DNA of 64,000 nucleotides from Polymyxa betae A26-41 (taxonomy: Eukaryota > Protista > Endomyxa: Phytomyxea). Where the stretch lies: positions 1-64,000 of the forward strand of contig RBZT01000198.1 in assembly GCA_003693705.1 (NCBI GenBank), in the 5' to 3' direction. Numbering within the stretch: the first letter of the stretch is position 1; the number at the start of each line of letters is the position of its first letter. The notes under the pieces are model-generated. The model ran no database searches. It saw only the letters and a program-made list of their open reading frames with translations, and was not told the DNA's origin. Both the position numbers and the translations under genes were made by a program. Of this stretch, positions 63,546 to 64,000 are shown piece after piece.

Positions 63546-64000
63546 TCTGTGTCCTTTTATCGCCAACGACATGAGATCATGTGGTCTTCTTTTAATTCAC
63601 ATTCTATGCTGTAGAAGGACCGATAAGAGCGTTTCCAAATCCCGATAATTCTTCAAAGGTCATGTTACAGTACCTGAACAATTTCTTTTTTCGAAGAGCC
63701 TTGCTGGTGTCAGATTGCAGCGACGGAGTTTGTGAAGGCTGAAGGCCTCGCCCTCTATATCTGCCACAGCCTGCAATTATCTCAGTTTGGTCTTGCTAAA
63801 GGAATGCCTCATGTGGAGACGCTGCACCATAGGTCATGGAGGTTCGAATCTTGCAAAAGCCACATAGCCACTTCGGATCGATTGCATCTGTTTGTTTAAT
63901 ACGAGTACTTTTGCCTGCTGTTAATGGCATTGCCACAGGCTGGAGAAGTCCCTCAATATGCCATCGCTTCCTGAGATGGTTTACACTGATAATTGCATTC
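63546..64000 (-). CDS. Possible 3' end of an unidentified spliced gene running off the window
   Basis: Open frame ...DAIDPKWLCGFCKIRT... with splice-like sites; exon structure unresolved. Confidence 0.25.

Overview
Gene-dense eukaryotic DNA with many short (mostly ~45-60 nt) GT-AG introns, which explains the fragmented ORF track. It comes from a flagellated protist (outer-arm dynein, KIF6, PIBF1). Compactness, intron size and TTTAGGG/TTTTAGGG-like motifs would fit a plasmodiophorid/Phytomyxea-like rhizarian, but that is inference only. About 20 conserved genes fill 3.2-59 kb: dynein beta HC, SEN2, CK1, cyclin T/K, adenosine kinase, POP1, KIF6, SC35-like, VAMP7, SatP/GPR1-type transporter, ABC1 kinase, PLMT, an RRM protein, PH-RCC1, a SAM-CNBD channel, CDC73, RPA43, DNA pol alpha and PIBF1. 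An EDR2_C gene lies near the right end. Two accessory blocks stand out. (1) 1-3.15 kb carries an apparently intact, spliced CRESS-DNA-virus-type Rep (HUH endonuclease + SF3 helicase, 436 aa). It is followed by five ~29-bp-spaced GTTA-SS-TAAC palindromes and bracketed by ~185-bp diverged inverted homologous arms, with no recognisable capsid in the window. This is a candidate endogenous ssDNA virus or an undescribed rolling-circle mobile element. (2) 59.6-61.9 kb is a TE graveyard: a deleted PIF/Harbinger, a chromovirus remnant, and a fragment of a highly divergent RNA-polymerase beta'/Rpb1-like gene. There is also a tandem trio of small orphan genes at 48.8-50.3 kb. All coordinates were derived by hand, without alignment or database tools.
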